Source: the human T2T-CHM13v2.0 reference genome, Homo sapiens | Assembly: GCF_009914755.1 (NCBI RefSeq) | Contig: NC_060927.1 | Strand: one strand, 5' to 3' | DNA: 64,000 bases | In this document: positions 11,678-24,149 of the stretch, one piece after another | Layout: the number at the start of each line of letters is the position of its first letter | Position numbering within the stretch: position 1 is the stretch's first letter | Notes under the pieces: model-generated | Databases searched by the model: none | Told to the model about the DNA's origin: nothing | What the model saw: only the letters and a program-made list of their open reading frames with translations | Position numbers and translations under genes: made by a program

Positions 11678-12569
11678 TCAGTCCTGCTGCTGGATCATCT
11701 GGTTAGTGGCTTCTGACTCAGAGGACCATTGTCCTCTGGGGCAGTGGGCCTTCCAGTGATTCCATTGTCATGAGGGACATGGACGAGGGGGCAGCTTATT
11801 TCTATTCGGACAATCTTTTTTAAAGTGTCCTTGTAGACCACACTGGAAGCAAGCCCTATCAGGCGTTCTGTTTGCCCAGGCTTTCCCTTTTCCAAAGCCT
11901 CCAAAATCTGCTTGCCTGAGGGCCATGACTAAAGTGGTGGCCTTTTTTTTTTTTTAAATCCTGTTTGTCCTGTTCCACCTGCTCCTCCTGATCTCTCTTA
12001 TAAAAAACGGATGTTGCTAAGTTCAACAGGGTTTCTAAGTTTTGCTCTGGGCCTAAGGCAGACTTTTGAAGTTTTTTTCTAATCTCTGCAGCTGACTGAG
12101 TGATAAACTTGTCCTTTAAGATTAGTTGGCCTTCAATAGAGTCAGGTGACAGAGAGGTATGCTTCCTCAATGCCTCCCTTAGTCTCTCCAGAAAGGCGGT
12201 AGGATGTTCTTCCTTTCCCTGTGTTATAGTGGACATCATTGAATAATTTATAGCCTTCTTCCTAGTTTTCCTAAGTCCTTCTAGCACTCAAGTTAGCAAA
12301 TGTCTGTGGCACCAATCTCCATGTTCTGATTCTGTGTCCCAGTGTGGGTCAGCACTGGGAACTGCCTGCTGGCCTGTGGGGAATCGTTCTCTTTCCTCTG
12401 TTGTCATTCTATCACTGACCTGACTAAGATACCAGAGATCGCCAAACTCTCGCGCTGCAGTTACGGAGGCACTTCTCTCATTTGTGGTTAGTGTCTGATC
12501 GAGCAGTAACATTATATCTCTCCAGAATACATCTTAGGGGCGTTTTTGCCTTGGGGGAACGTTTCCCAT
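11678..12569 (-). pseudogene. gag: HERV-W gag remnant (internally deleted)
   Basis: Starts ATGGGAAACGTTCCCCCAAGG (MGNVP), capsid with major homology region QGKEEHPTAFLERL, nucleocapsid knuckle CFQCGLQGHFKKDC, ends CAGCAGGACTGA; frameshifts and stops. Confidence 0.92.
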
Positions 12570-13160
12570 CTGAAAAAAGAACATACGGATGCCAGCTCCC
12601 CTAGTCATTTTCCCATGAGCATTAGTCCTAGAGTTTCCACTATGGTCCTAATGCTTATTCCTTTCCAGGGTGCGTAACCACCCATGGACCTCTGTTTATC
12701 GGATTCATTACACTCACCCATGTAGCTGTCCTGCACGTGTTGACCTGCCTTTCTTGACCACAAAGGGGTCCGGGCTGCTGGATTCTAGTTATCCTTTGCA
12801 AGCGTGCCCAACATTGCCTTTGCACTCATGGGTGAGTTCTAGAGCTGGACTGGGCTCCTAGGTATTTCAAAACAACCCAGTTGCCTCATTAGATGCATTC
12901 CCATAAACAACAGTACTTATGCAAATTCATTCCAGAGAGGGTGTAGGTAACCTTTTGAGTTGGGATTGATATAGAGTTTTTGCCCACTAGGGTCTTTTGT
13001 CCTTCTTTTCCTTTGTAGAAATATGCTCTAATTATCAATCTTAAGCCTTTTGTTGCCCTGGATTAAGTCCTTTTGGGTACAAAATATGGGAGATGGATCC
13101 TGTTTATCCTATGTGCCTTTTTCCTATGAGAAGGAGAGTGAGGAGAAAAAGATGTGCTTG

Positions 13161-13719
13161 CTGGTTTTGTAAGTACTTTAAGGCTTGGCTGAGTTCAAAC
13201 AGCTTGAACGTTTGAGCAGACCAATTATTAGGCAATTTTCCTAACTCTGCTTTTACAGGAGTTTCCGTATCAATTACTGAATACCCATTCTTTTTTTTTC
13301 TTTCAGTCACCTGGGAGGAACCTTCTACGGTCCTGTCCTGAAGGGAGTTCCTCCTAGGTCTGCTTGGACCTTCGTGTGGTAATTAATATTTAAATCCCCT
13401 GTTAGGAATCTGCTGGGTTAAGGGAATTTTCAGTGGTTAACATTAAATTACCTTTTTCTAACAGAATAGCCCTATACTTCAAGATTTTTGAGTTAGTAAG
13501 CTACCTTTTTGCTTTTTTTACTTAGGATACTTCTGGTGAATTGTGCTCACGATGAGGTTTCCTCTAAAGGTTATTTTTCGACTTTCTTCTCTTAGCAAAG
13601 CAGTTGCCACTACAGATTAAATGCATTTGGGCCATCCGTGGGTTACTGGGTTAAGAATTTTTGATAGGAAGACTATGGGTTGTCAGTGGTCTTCGGGCTA
13701 CGCCCTTTTTTACACTGAC
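13161..13719 (-). pseudogene. Second RT-connection plus RNase H remnant in the HERV-W pre-gag leader
   Basis: Hand translation gives QPIVFLSKILNPVTHGWPKCI*SVVATALLREESRKITF, LTNSKILKYRAILLEK...SLNPA, then EGSSQVTERKKKNGYSVID...LPNNWSAQTFKLFELSQALKYLQ. Confidence 0.8.
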
Positions 13720-13839
13720 AACAAGTTGGTATTGGAATGTTATAGGGTCACGGAGAAGACCTTCAATTACTAATTATAGGTTCTAAATTTACCTTGCTTT
13801 AAAAGGAATAGGGTACACTGTTTTCTCTTTACTACTTCT

Positions 13840-13970
13840 ATCTCTCTCTCTTGGACTCCCTCTGTGTCTCTCTGTCTCTTCCTCTCTCTCTTCCTTTCTT
13901 TTTTTTCTGTCTCTCTTTCTTTTTTTCTCTCTCTCTCTATCTCTGTCTCTCTCTATCTCTGTCTCTCTCT
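13840..13970. repeat. AG-rich expansion of the HERV-W pre-gag region (CT-rich on +)
   Basis: Degenerate (CT)n/(CTGT)n tract inside the proviral leader. Confidence 0.9.
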
Positions 13971-14459
13971 GTGGATGGATTTTGGAAACACAGCGGAAGG
14001 ACATTTGCTTGTTGCCCCCATTTGCCACTATAGGAATATGCGCCTCCTTTTAATTTACTCAATTCCTTTTTATCCCGATCTATTGTGTTGTTGTAGACAC
14101 AGTTCCAGTTGTTAAAGTACTGGGTCATCAGTTCTAAGGCCCTGGCCAAGGAGCCAAGGCTTGGAGATTGTATTGCAGGTGGGGTAAGCTGGGTAGAAAT
14201 CTGGGGAGGAGAGCAATTTACACAACGGGAGAGCAATCCTCCTAGCCATTTACAAACTTGGGTCCCTGGCAAGGATGGTGGGGAACGGGTCCCACATAAC
14301 TGCCCATGTCGAGAGCTGTATATCTAAATTGGGAGGGACACCACGGGCAAGACTCCCTGGGTTCATAGCCTAGATGCCCAAGGACACAGCATAGAACTTC
14401 CTTAGATCCCTTTGGAGATACAACTTGCTCTAATACGTTGGAGAGGAAGTGAAAGTCTG

Positions 14460-14539
14460 AAGGTGGGTGTGGTCACCTTCCCCAGCTAGGCTTAGGAATT
14501 CTTAGTCGGCCTAGGAAATCCAGCTAGTTGTGTCTCTCA
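14460..14539 (-). mobile_element. Truncated 5' LTR17 stub (first 80 bp of U3)
   Basis: Aligns without gaps to 8674-8753 (11 mismatches in 80 by hand count), then joins pre-gag sequence directly. Confidence 0.92.
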
Positions 14540-14860
14540 CCACCATCTGCCAGCCACTCACTTTATTGTTAAATTCCAGTATACATGTAGAGTCATTTCA
14601 AAATCTTTAAACTCTACCCCCGCAGAAAAAAAAAAAAATTACCAACTACAATTCAGTTATTTTTGCCCATAGTCTTACAGACTCCACTCATTTCCAAAGT
14701 CACTTAGGACAGCACTGCTTTTTTCCCACCTTTTTCAATGATATTGTTTCACGTATTTCTTAAAAAGTTGTATTATTTTGTCAAATTCTGTATTCTAACG
14801 TGGGACTCTCTAACCTCACAAAGATTTACAAGTTAAGGTTTACTTCTTGTATACTACTGG
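14540..14860 (-). mobile_element. L1MC/L1MD-type 3' UTR, right part
   Basis: CCACCATCTGCC continues the L1 sequence cut at 7990; GTCTTACAGACTCCACTCATTTCCAAAGT motif; right boundary approximate. Confidence 0.65.
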
Positions 14861-15138
14861 GTAGCTACTTACGCTTTTTCTCAATGTGCATGATAAAACA
14901 GCTTTATCTCTACCCATATTACAAATAAGCTTTTAACACTGGGCTCTTTCTCCTACCTTCTTGGCTGTCATACTAGAGAGTTTTAAGGTTTTCATTTGTT
15001 GTACATCACTTTTCTGTAATGCTTCAATGGTGAACCTACAAAAACTTCTTGTCTGGCCTAGTTTTCAACTTTGCATTTCTCTTTATAACTTCCCAACTCC
15101 CTTTTGGGTTAATATCAAAAAGAAGGACTCATTATGTG

Positions 15139-16380
15139 TAGTCATGTGCCTCATAGCAATGTTTTGGTCAACAAAAAATAGCACACACTATGTAGTCCTG
15201 TCAGATAATAATGGAGCTGAAAATTTTCTCTCCCCTAATAACATCATAGCTGTCATAACATAGCACAAGGCATTACTCACATGTTTGTGTTGATGTTGGT
15301 GTAAACAAACCTACTGCACTTTCAAGCATAAAAAAATATAGCACATACAATTATATACAGGACATACATGAAGATAATGAATGACTATGTTACTATTTAT
15401 GTATTTACTATACTAGACTGTTTATTGCTTTTTTAGATTGTATCATTTCTACTTATAAAAGTAAGGTAACTATATAATAGCCTTAGGCAGGTTCTTCAGG
15501 AGGTATTCTGGAAGAAGTAATTGTTAGTGGATAGGACAGCTCTATGCATGTTGTTAGCCCTGAAGACCTTCCAGTGGGACCAGATGTGGAGGTGAAAGAA
15601 AGACAGTGATATTGATTATCCTGACCCCATGTAGGCCTGAGCTAATGTGTGTGTTTGAGTTTTAGTTTTTCACAAAGGAAGTGTACAAAGTAAGAATAAA
15701 AAAAGCCCTTGACAAATAGAAAATTTTGTAAAGAGAAAAAAGCTCATAGAATATAAAATAGAAAATATTTCTGTATAGTACAAATATTTTGTACAGTATG
15801 TGTTTGTGTTTTAAACTGTTTCATTACAAAAGAGTCAAAAAGTTAAAAATATTAAGAAGTCTGTAAAGTAAAACCTTACAGTAAGCTAAAAAATTTATTA
15901 TTGAAGTAAGACAAACTTTTTATAAATGTAGTACAGCTCAAGTATACAGTGTTAATAATGCCTATAGTAATATACTGTAATATTCTAGGCTTTCGCATTC
16001 ACTCGCCACCCACTCATTGATTTAGCAGAGCTTCCATTCCTGCAAGCTCTAATCCTGGTAGGTATAGGTATACCTATTAAGGTGTACCATTTTTATCTTT
16101 CATACTGTATTGTTACTGTAACTTTTCAATGCTTAGGTATATTTAGATTCACAAATACTTATTGCATTGTGTTGCAGTTACCTACAGTATTCAGTAAAGT
16201 GACATAGTGACATGCTATCATAACCTAGCAGCATATACACACCACATAGCCTAGGTTTGTATTAAGCTATACCATCTAGGTTTGTGTAAGTATGCTCTAT
16301 GATGTTGCTGCAACTATTAATAAATTGCCTAAAGACACACTTGTCAGAATGTATCCATGATGTTAACCTGTGTATGACTG
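15139..16380 (+). mobile_element. Tigger3b DNA transposon (TcMar-Tigger, non-autonomous)
   Basis: Termini TAGTCATGTGCC...GTGTATGACTG followed by TA; internal ATAATGGAGCTGAAAA, GTAAACAAACCTACTGC and CCTGAAGACCTTCCAGTGGGAC; length about 1.24 kb. Confidence 0.88.
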
Positions 16381-19300
16381 TACATATATTTCAACCAGTC
16401 TTATTTAAATTGATAAATATTATGGAAGAGTAAGTATTATCACTTTAAAATTTCATATTACAAAGTTTCATTATGGAGAGATGTCTGCATTCACTTTTTT
16501 TGTATGTAGGAGTGTGTTGTGTGCTAACTTGTACAATATGAAATTAAATATAGATTTGAATTGTATATCATTATGAAAGGTAAGCACAATACACTAAACA
16601 AATTTCACAATTTATTATATTTTGTGCTTAAAAAGTATAACCATTTTAAAAAGTCTAAACTTTGACTCTAGGTTAGTTTTTTCCATTAGTTTATCTTTTT
16701 ACAAATATAGTTATGTTTTTAAATCATCAACTCAAAATATTATAACAAATTATATACTATAAAAATCTCCTTTAATATTAACATCATTAAAACTCATCCA
16801 TTTTGTAACCAGGAATATAACATTTATAAGATCTGCTTCATATATTAATAAACATAGACAGAGGCTAATTAGGTGATTTGCTTAAATGTCAGACACAACT
16901 TTAATGCCAACAAATAATCTGGAAGCACATTTATGTTAGCTTCATGGTTTTTTTTTCAATTGTTCAACAAAGAGAGAACTTTTTTTTTTAATAGAAGAAC
17001 TAAAAAACAAGAGAGAAAAACAATTCCAGATGGATGTCTATGCTGACAACTGCACTAACAATCTGTCTCTTTAACTCAGAAGTTAGCTTTGCTACCAAGG
17101 CTAAAATATTACTCATTCTTGAGCTAAAACTTGTTTTCTAACATGTTTTGTCTATATTCTTAAGATGCTATTAGGCTTACACATAATCAGCAATCATTCT
17201 TACCTTTACCTACTTGTACCTTAATTCTGGCTCATGCTGTAATCAATCTTCACCTAACTTTATTTCATTTTCCTAGAATTGTCAAAACCTTTACCCTATA
17301 TGAACTGAAGCTGTAGTGTAGCATAGCTTTACTTTTGCAAGGTAAGAACTATTCAAAGTAATTTAAATTTAGTGTTTTTAAACCCAAGTAAAATAATCTT
17401 TTTAGAGATATTTGCTGAAAAAATACTTTCAATTCACAGAATACTTATGTGTTGTTCTTAAAAAGAATTAGCTCTAGATTCAATTCAGACATATGTATAC
17501 ATTCTTTAATAGTTGTATTAATATATATTCAGAATTAGAGATTTATGCCCCAGCATAATTTTATTTTGTATGTCATTTTCACATGTACATAGGGTAATAA
17601 TTAAGTTACTTTCAGTTGATGTTTCATGAGTGGAATTTTAATCATTGTTAAAATTAGTTTTATGAGAGTTATATACAATTTTTCAAATAATTATTCACAG
17701 TTTATTTGAAAAGATCTTATCTGTATAATTTACTACATAGAGAGATAGAAAAAAAGGAGTCTATTATCTAAGTACTCCCTATTTTAAATCATTAATCAAA
17801 CATTTTGTAATAACATTAATACTATAAAAGTGCCTCTAACATTAAAAGGGCTGTTATCTATCTATTGTCTGTTGTGGTACATAGCAATTTCAATAGTAAT
17901 TAGTACAACTTTCTGGATACTTAATATATTTTTAAGATAAGTCATCTCTCATTCTGTGAAATAAAAGTGTATATTTTTTTCTAATAATATTTTCTAATGA
18001 AAAGTGTATTTTTTTCTAATTTCTAACTTCATTAGAAATTCAAAACAAAAATGTATTATTCAAAGTTTGTGTGTGTGTACTTGTACATTTGAGAAAGTGG
18101 AATTCAAAACTGTAGGTCCAATGTCAACAGGTGCCTTCAAGGTAATTCAGTTCTGAAATACATAATTTCAACTCTATTTGCTTATTTTCTACCTTTTTGC
18201 CTACTCAAAGTGACTTAAATTTACTGAAATAAAATGAGTAATCTCGTATCCTCTGAGAACAAAAACAAACACTTTTTTCTCAAAATATGGTTCTTTTTTC
18301 AAAGTTGTATTCTGTAACTTACATTAAGAAACATCAGTAATTGTTAGATCATTTCCAAAAAGCAGTGCTATGATATTTGTTCTGCAGCAGAAATGAAGAT
18401 TCTCAAGTAAGAATATGCTTGCTATCCAATAAATGATTCTTAAATTTTCTGCTTTATTTTTAATAATTATATATATTTGACATATAAATATGTTATCTTA
18501 CATTTTATTTAAATTTAGTCTTACTAAATACTGAGTTCTATTCAGACAAAAGCATATTTTAAAGTAATTCACATTCAATAATCTAAATATTGCTTTAAAA
18601 ATTTTTTTATCAATAGCAATTTATTTTATTTGTCATAAAACTCCTATATGAGGGACTAACCAATAACCCTTAAAACTTCTCTAACCAAAATACAGCCCAC
18701 GTATCATTTTTTCATATGGCTTTTTTTCCAGATGCATTGAGTGCACGTGTGCCACTTCCACAGTGGAAAGTAGCCTCTCATTGACTGCTTGTTCAGGTAG
18801 CTAAGCTTATATCAGCACTTTTCTTTGCAGTGGGGAACCTCTAGCATCAACAAATGCTCATTGATCCAGTAGAATAGGTAATCAACTGATAAGTTATTAA
18901 GCCACATATCATACACATAAACATAAACATGGTATGCCAGTGTAGGAACTGATAGATGTGTAAAGCATGTTGACTGGTGATTATGATTCATAGCTAATGG
19001 CAAAGAGACACTAAATATCCCACTTTAAAGGATAAATTTCAATAATTTGGGCCATGTACTTCACTCATGAAATTTTGGGAGGTTAAAAAAAAAAGAGCAG
19101 TGTTACCACCAAATAGCATCCTAGCTTTCTGAATACACAGTTTATCAAAGTCGATTAAGCAAGGGATGGAGCAAAGGAGGGAGAAGGCTGATGGAGAGAG
19201 TGACTGAGAGAGAAAGAGAAGACTGTAAAAGGAGGCTCTGAGAGACCTAGTGACCCAGAGTACGTATAGAATGAGACTACATGACTACATGTTTGTTAAT

Positions 19301-19739
19301 TTGAGAAGTCTGTAGGCCCAACCTTGTGGTCTAGTGGACAGGGAAGAACCTAGTAAGTAATTTCTTAGAAGAATGTACCTTGGGTCCCCTGGAGGGTGAA
19401 GGCAAATATTAATGCAGGGAATGACGTCCATTTGGAGTTAGGCTCCAAGAGGTAGTTTGTAGCAAAATGATATGTAGAAACCATGATGTAATTGCCTGGA
19501 AAGAAGATGATGATGGCTAACTCCAGTTGCCTGTGACCTTCAAAACTCAAGTGAAGGGCTTTAACTTTTGCTGGGAATGCACTTAAACAAGTGTGGTAGT
19601 ATTTAAAGAGAAAGGAAACCCTGGAAAGGTTTGGCTCAAGGAGTGGCTTTGATTCGATCATTTTAGTACATGCTATGTATCTGTATGCTGAAATGAGCTT
19701 TAAACCCATATCAACCATAATCATCCAGACAAAATACTT

Positions 19740-19925
19740 TTCTGAAGCATTTTCTCATGCTTGAGAATTTTCAATGCTATAGCCTTGCTGTGAGTAAGGT
19801 AAAGTTTCATATCTCTGATGACCAAATTGAAAATTGTAGAGTTTGAAGAATTTCTCAGAGCTATACATATGGTAAAAACTGCATGAAATTTCAACATAGA
19901 ATTTTTGATTACATCCAGTTTTGTC
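19740..19925 (-). mobile_element. MIR fragment
   Basis: Very degenerate reverse MIR core layout. Confidence 0.4.
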
Positions 19926-20054
19926 AGTTAAAAAACTGCTTCTATCCTATTCCTCTACATAAGTTTACACCTAATATCTTTATTCACTTTTACCATTCAC
20001 AGCTTGTAAAATGAGTCATACATTTCAAAATTCTTTAAAAAAGATTTTAATAAT

Positions 20055-21178
20055 TTTTTTACTTTAATTTTTATTGAGATATAATTCACATGCTTAAAAT
20101 TCACTATTTTAAGGTGTAAAATCTAGATGTTTTATGTATACTTACAGAATTGTGCATCCATCACCACCATTTAATTTCAGGATATTCTGCACCCATTAGA
20201 GAAACTGTGTACTCATAAGCAGTCACTCCTTATTCCCTCTCCCTCTAGCCTGTGAACACCGCTAATCTACTTTCTTTCTCCCAGCATTTGCTTTTTCTGG
20301 ACATTTCATATAAATGAAATGATAAAATAGGTGACCTTTTATGTGTGGCTTTTTAAAAGTACTTCTTTCACAGCTTCATCCATGTATCATCTATCAATAC
20401 TTCATTCCTTTGAATGGTTGAATAATGTTACATCGTGGGGATATATCACATTGCATTTATCCATTCATCAATTGACAGGCAGCTGGATTTTTCCACTTTC
20501 CAGCTATTATAAAAAATGCTGCTAAGTAATTCATATACAAGCACTTTCAATTCTCTTGGGTAAGTATCTAAAAGTAGAATTGCTGAGACATTTAGTAAGT
20601 CTATGTTTAACTATTTGAGAAACTGCAAAACTGTTTCCTAAAGTGGCTGGTACCATTTTAAATCCTCTCCAGCAAAATGTGAGTGTTCCCATTTCTCCAT
20701 ATTTTCACCAACTCTTGATATTTTCTGTCATTTTTATTCTTGCCATACTAAGGGATGTGAAGTGGTATCTCATTATGGTTTTGATTTCTATTTCCTTAAA
20801 GACTAATGATATTGAATATATTTTCATGTGCTTATTTCCCACGTGTACATCTTCAATGGAGAAATGCCTATTCAAATAATTTGACCATTTATTAATTGGG
20901 TTATCTGTTTTTTTATTGTTAACTTGTAATAGTTCTTTTCTTCCATTCTGAGGGTTGTCTTTTTACTTTCTTAATGGTCTCTATTGAAACACAAGTTTCT
21001 AATTTTGGTGAAATCTAGTTTATCTATGTTTTTCTTTTGTCAGTTGTTTTAGTTTTTATATATAAGAAATGATTTAATCCAAAGAAGTCATAAAAGTCCC
21101 AACAGACTTTATGCCTATATTTTCTTCCAAGGGTTTTATAATTTTCAATTTCACATTTAGATCTTTGATCCATTTTTT
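20055..21178 (-). mobile_element. L1MB-type 3' end
   Basis: TTTTTATTGAGATATAATTCACAT start, CTGGACATTTCATATAAATG, GTGAAGTGGTATCTCATT, TTTAGATCTTTGATCCATTTT. Confidence 0.85.
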
Positions 21179-21689
21179 TCACAAAAAATTCTTTTACCTC
21201 TTAAAATTTTGTTTCTATAATTCTACATTTAAATTTATTGTTAAAGTTGACACATGTAATAAAACATTTCAAACAAAATAAATTTAGCAAAATAATACGT
21301 TCTCTTCTGCAAACATAGGTAATTCTTTAGTATTATGTGTTTATTTGAGAAATGACAAATGCTATTTACATTGGTGTGTGGGTGTATACACACACATTTG
21401 TATAAAGTATTAGTTTGTCAAATAATACACTATCATTATATTACTATTCTAGTGAAAGAATATAACTGTAAGGTCAAAATGTTCTTTTTTTAAATCTCAA
21501 AGCATTATTAAAAATCATGTTAACTTTTGCTTTGCTTTTTTATTGGACCATTACTTCTTGAATGTATTTGCATTTATCTTAAAATATTTAATTCTTTCTT
21601 TTTTGTGAGAAATATATCTTTTTCCTATAATCTCAAGATTATCTCTCATTTTATAAGGTTCTTTGGAGTAATTTTTTAGGTTCCCACTT

Positions 21690-22457
21690 ACCACCATTAT
21701 ACATGGAATCCATCTATAAATCTTCCTCACTTTACTTTCACAGTATATTTGAAACCTATCCATTTCTGATATGAATCAACTCCTTGACTTTTAATTCCTC
21801 TCTAGCCTGGATCATCTCATGTTTCCCAAATGGTCTCACATACGTGTGTCTGCTATCTGTGCTCACAGACTAGTCACAATACAACATTCAGAGTGTTTCT
21901 TTTTAAAAGGAGACAAGTTTGGACTCTACTTTTGGCCTTCTGTCTTGTTCATAATAAAAGTGAAAGACTTTATATTGGTCTAAGTGACTTACATTAGCTG
22001 CGGCCCTGCTACTTCTCTGATGTCTTTTCCTCTCCTTCTGCCATGTTTTCACTCTAGCTACAAGCATCTCAGTTTTCCCCTTAAATACAGATGCCAACTC
22101 CCACATTGGGACCTTTATAGTTGTTTGTCCTTCTGCCTGGACTATTCAACAAATTCACTCCTCCATTACTCTTGCTTTGTTTGACTCACAAACTAAACTA
22201 TGAATAATGTGTTCTTTGACCATTTTATTTACAATAACAACTCCCAGATTGTTTTACTCTGATTTACAGCTTCACTTACCTCTTTATCACCATTGAACAG
22301 ATTTTATATTTACCTACATGTATATTGCTATCCATTTCTCCCCTTGTTAGAAGATAAATTCTATGGGTGCAGATACTATTCTTTTTCACTGCTTTATCTC
22401 CAAGCTCTAGAAAAACACATAATAGAAGCGTGATAGATAGTGATTGCATGAATGAAA
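21690..22457 (+). mobile_element. L2 (L2a-like) 3' portion
   Basis: CCTTCTGCCTGGA, TTCACTGCTTTATCTCCA and terminal ATGAATGAA motifs; highly diverged. Confidence 0.65.
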
Positions 22458-22529
22458 TATCCATTCTCACAATCACACAATTGATGAAATTGAATTCCTT
22501 TTTTTTACATAAATACATCCCTCTTGAAG

Positions 22530-22607
22530 TTTTATTTATTTATTTATTTATTTATTTTATGTGTTTATTTTGAGACAGAGTTTCACTCTTGTTGCCCATG
22601 CTGGAGT
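22530..22607 (-). mobile_element. Extremely 5'-truncated Alu (about 37 bp body plus (TTTA)n tail)
   Basis: TGAGACAGAGTTTCACTCTTGTTGCCCATGCTGGAGT preceded by (TTTA)n. Confidence 0.85.
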
Positions 22608-23214
22608 TGAATTTTTTTTAATCAATATTTCTATCTGAGCTACTTTTACTCAAACGCTGCTATGTAACTTTTCTGCACAACATTGTTTTTATGGCATTTC
22701 TGAGAAGGAACCTTGGTTTCCATATCCCGTATGTTTCTGTGTTTCATCTTTATTTTGTTTCCTTGTATTTCTTATTGTGGTTTACTAAACTTTGGAAGAA
22801 AAAAATGGTGTATTCAAATTTTCACTATTCAATTTAAATCAAATAGTACTTATTGAGACTAATTTTGCTTCTCAGTCATGTTAGGGAATGCCGTTAATAA
22901 TATCATTGATATTAACACCAGCATCACCACTGTTAAATACAAGTGTTTGTAAGAGTTACAGTTTTTGAGACATGGCAAGAGTCAATAAATTATTATCTAT
23001 TTTCTAAAAACAAATAAACTACTGCCGCTATTTTTTAAAAAAACATTACTTATTTGTTTGACTATTTCTGTAATTACCTTAAATAAATCATGTATATTTT
23101 AAAGTACACTTAAAATGTCTTCCATGCAATCTTAAAATGAATTTACCATTCAATTGATAAAATGGCCAAGATTGATGACTTGGCTTGACAGATTATATCT
23201 AGAAATCATTACAT

Positions 23215-23400
23215 GCCCTTTTATAGCTCTGTAGCTTTGTGCAAGGCATTTATATTGTAAAACTGCCTTTTCTAATACCTAAACTAAAGATAATAATGTC
23301 TACTTCCAGCACTATTGATGAGTTCAATTAGATAATGTATCTAAAATCTCTACCACAGAGTCTAGGAGTTTATGGGACATTGATAATTGACAGTTTTTTC
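23215..23400 (+). mobile_element. MIR
   Basis: Degenerate core TGTAGCTTTGTGCAAGGCATTTA...GATAATAATGTCTACTTC...TTAGATAATGTAT. Confidence 0.55.
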
Positions 23401-23408
23401 TTATTATG

Positions 23409-24149
<741 letters not shown>

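Larger units (their letters stand above)
7991..14539 (-). mobile_element. Defective HERV-W (HERV17/LTR17) provirus
   Basis: Minus-strand start TGAGAGACACAACTAGCTGGATTTCCTAGG and end GTAACA; 4-bp TSD CCAC at 7987-7990 and 14540-14543; gag, pro, RT, RNase H, IN and env remnants in retroviral order. Confidence 0.95.

Noticed and set aside
7991-14539. ERVW-1 (syncytin-1) locus or a coding-competent provirus
   Set aside because: env is almost entirely deleted and keeps the 12 bp that ERVW-1 lacks; gag and pol have stops, frameshifts and deletions.
7991-14539. L1-generated HERV-W processed pseudogene
   Set aside because: The 3' LTR has a full U5, the 5' end starts at U3, there is no poly(A) tail, and the TSD is a 4-bp integrase type.
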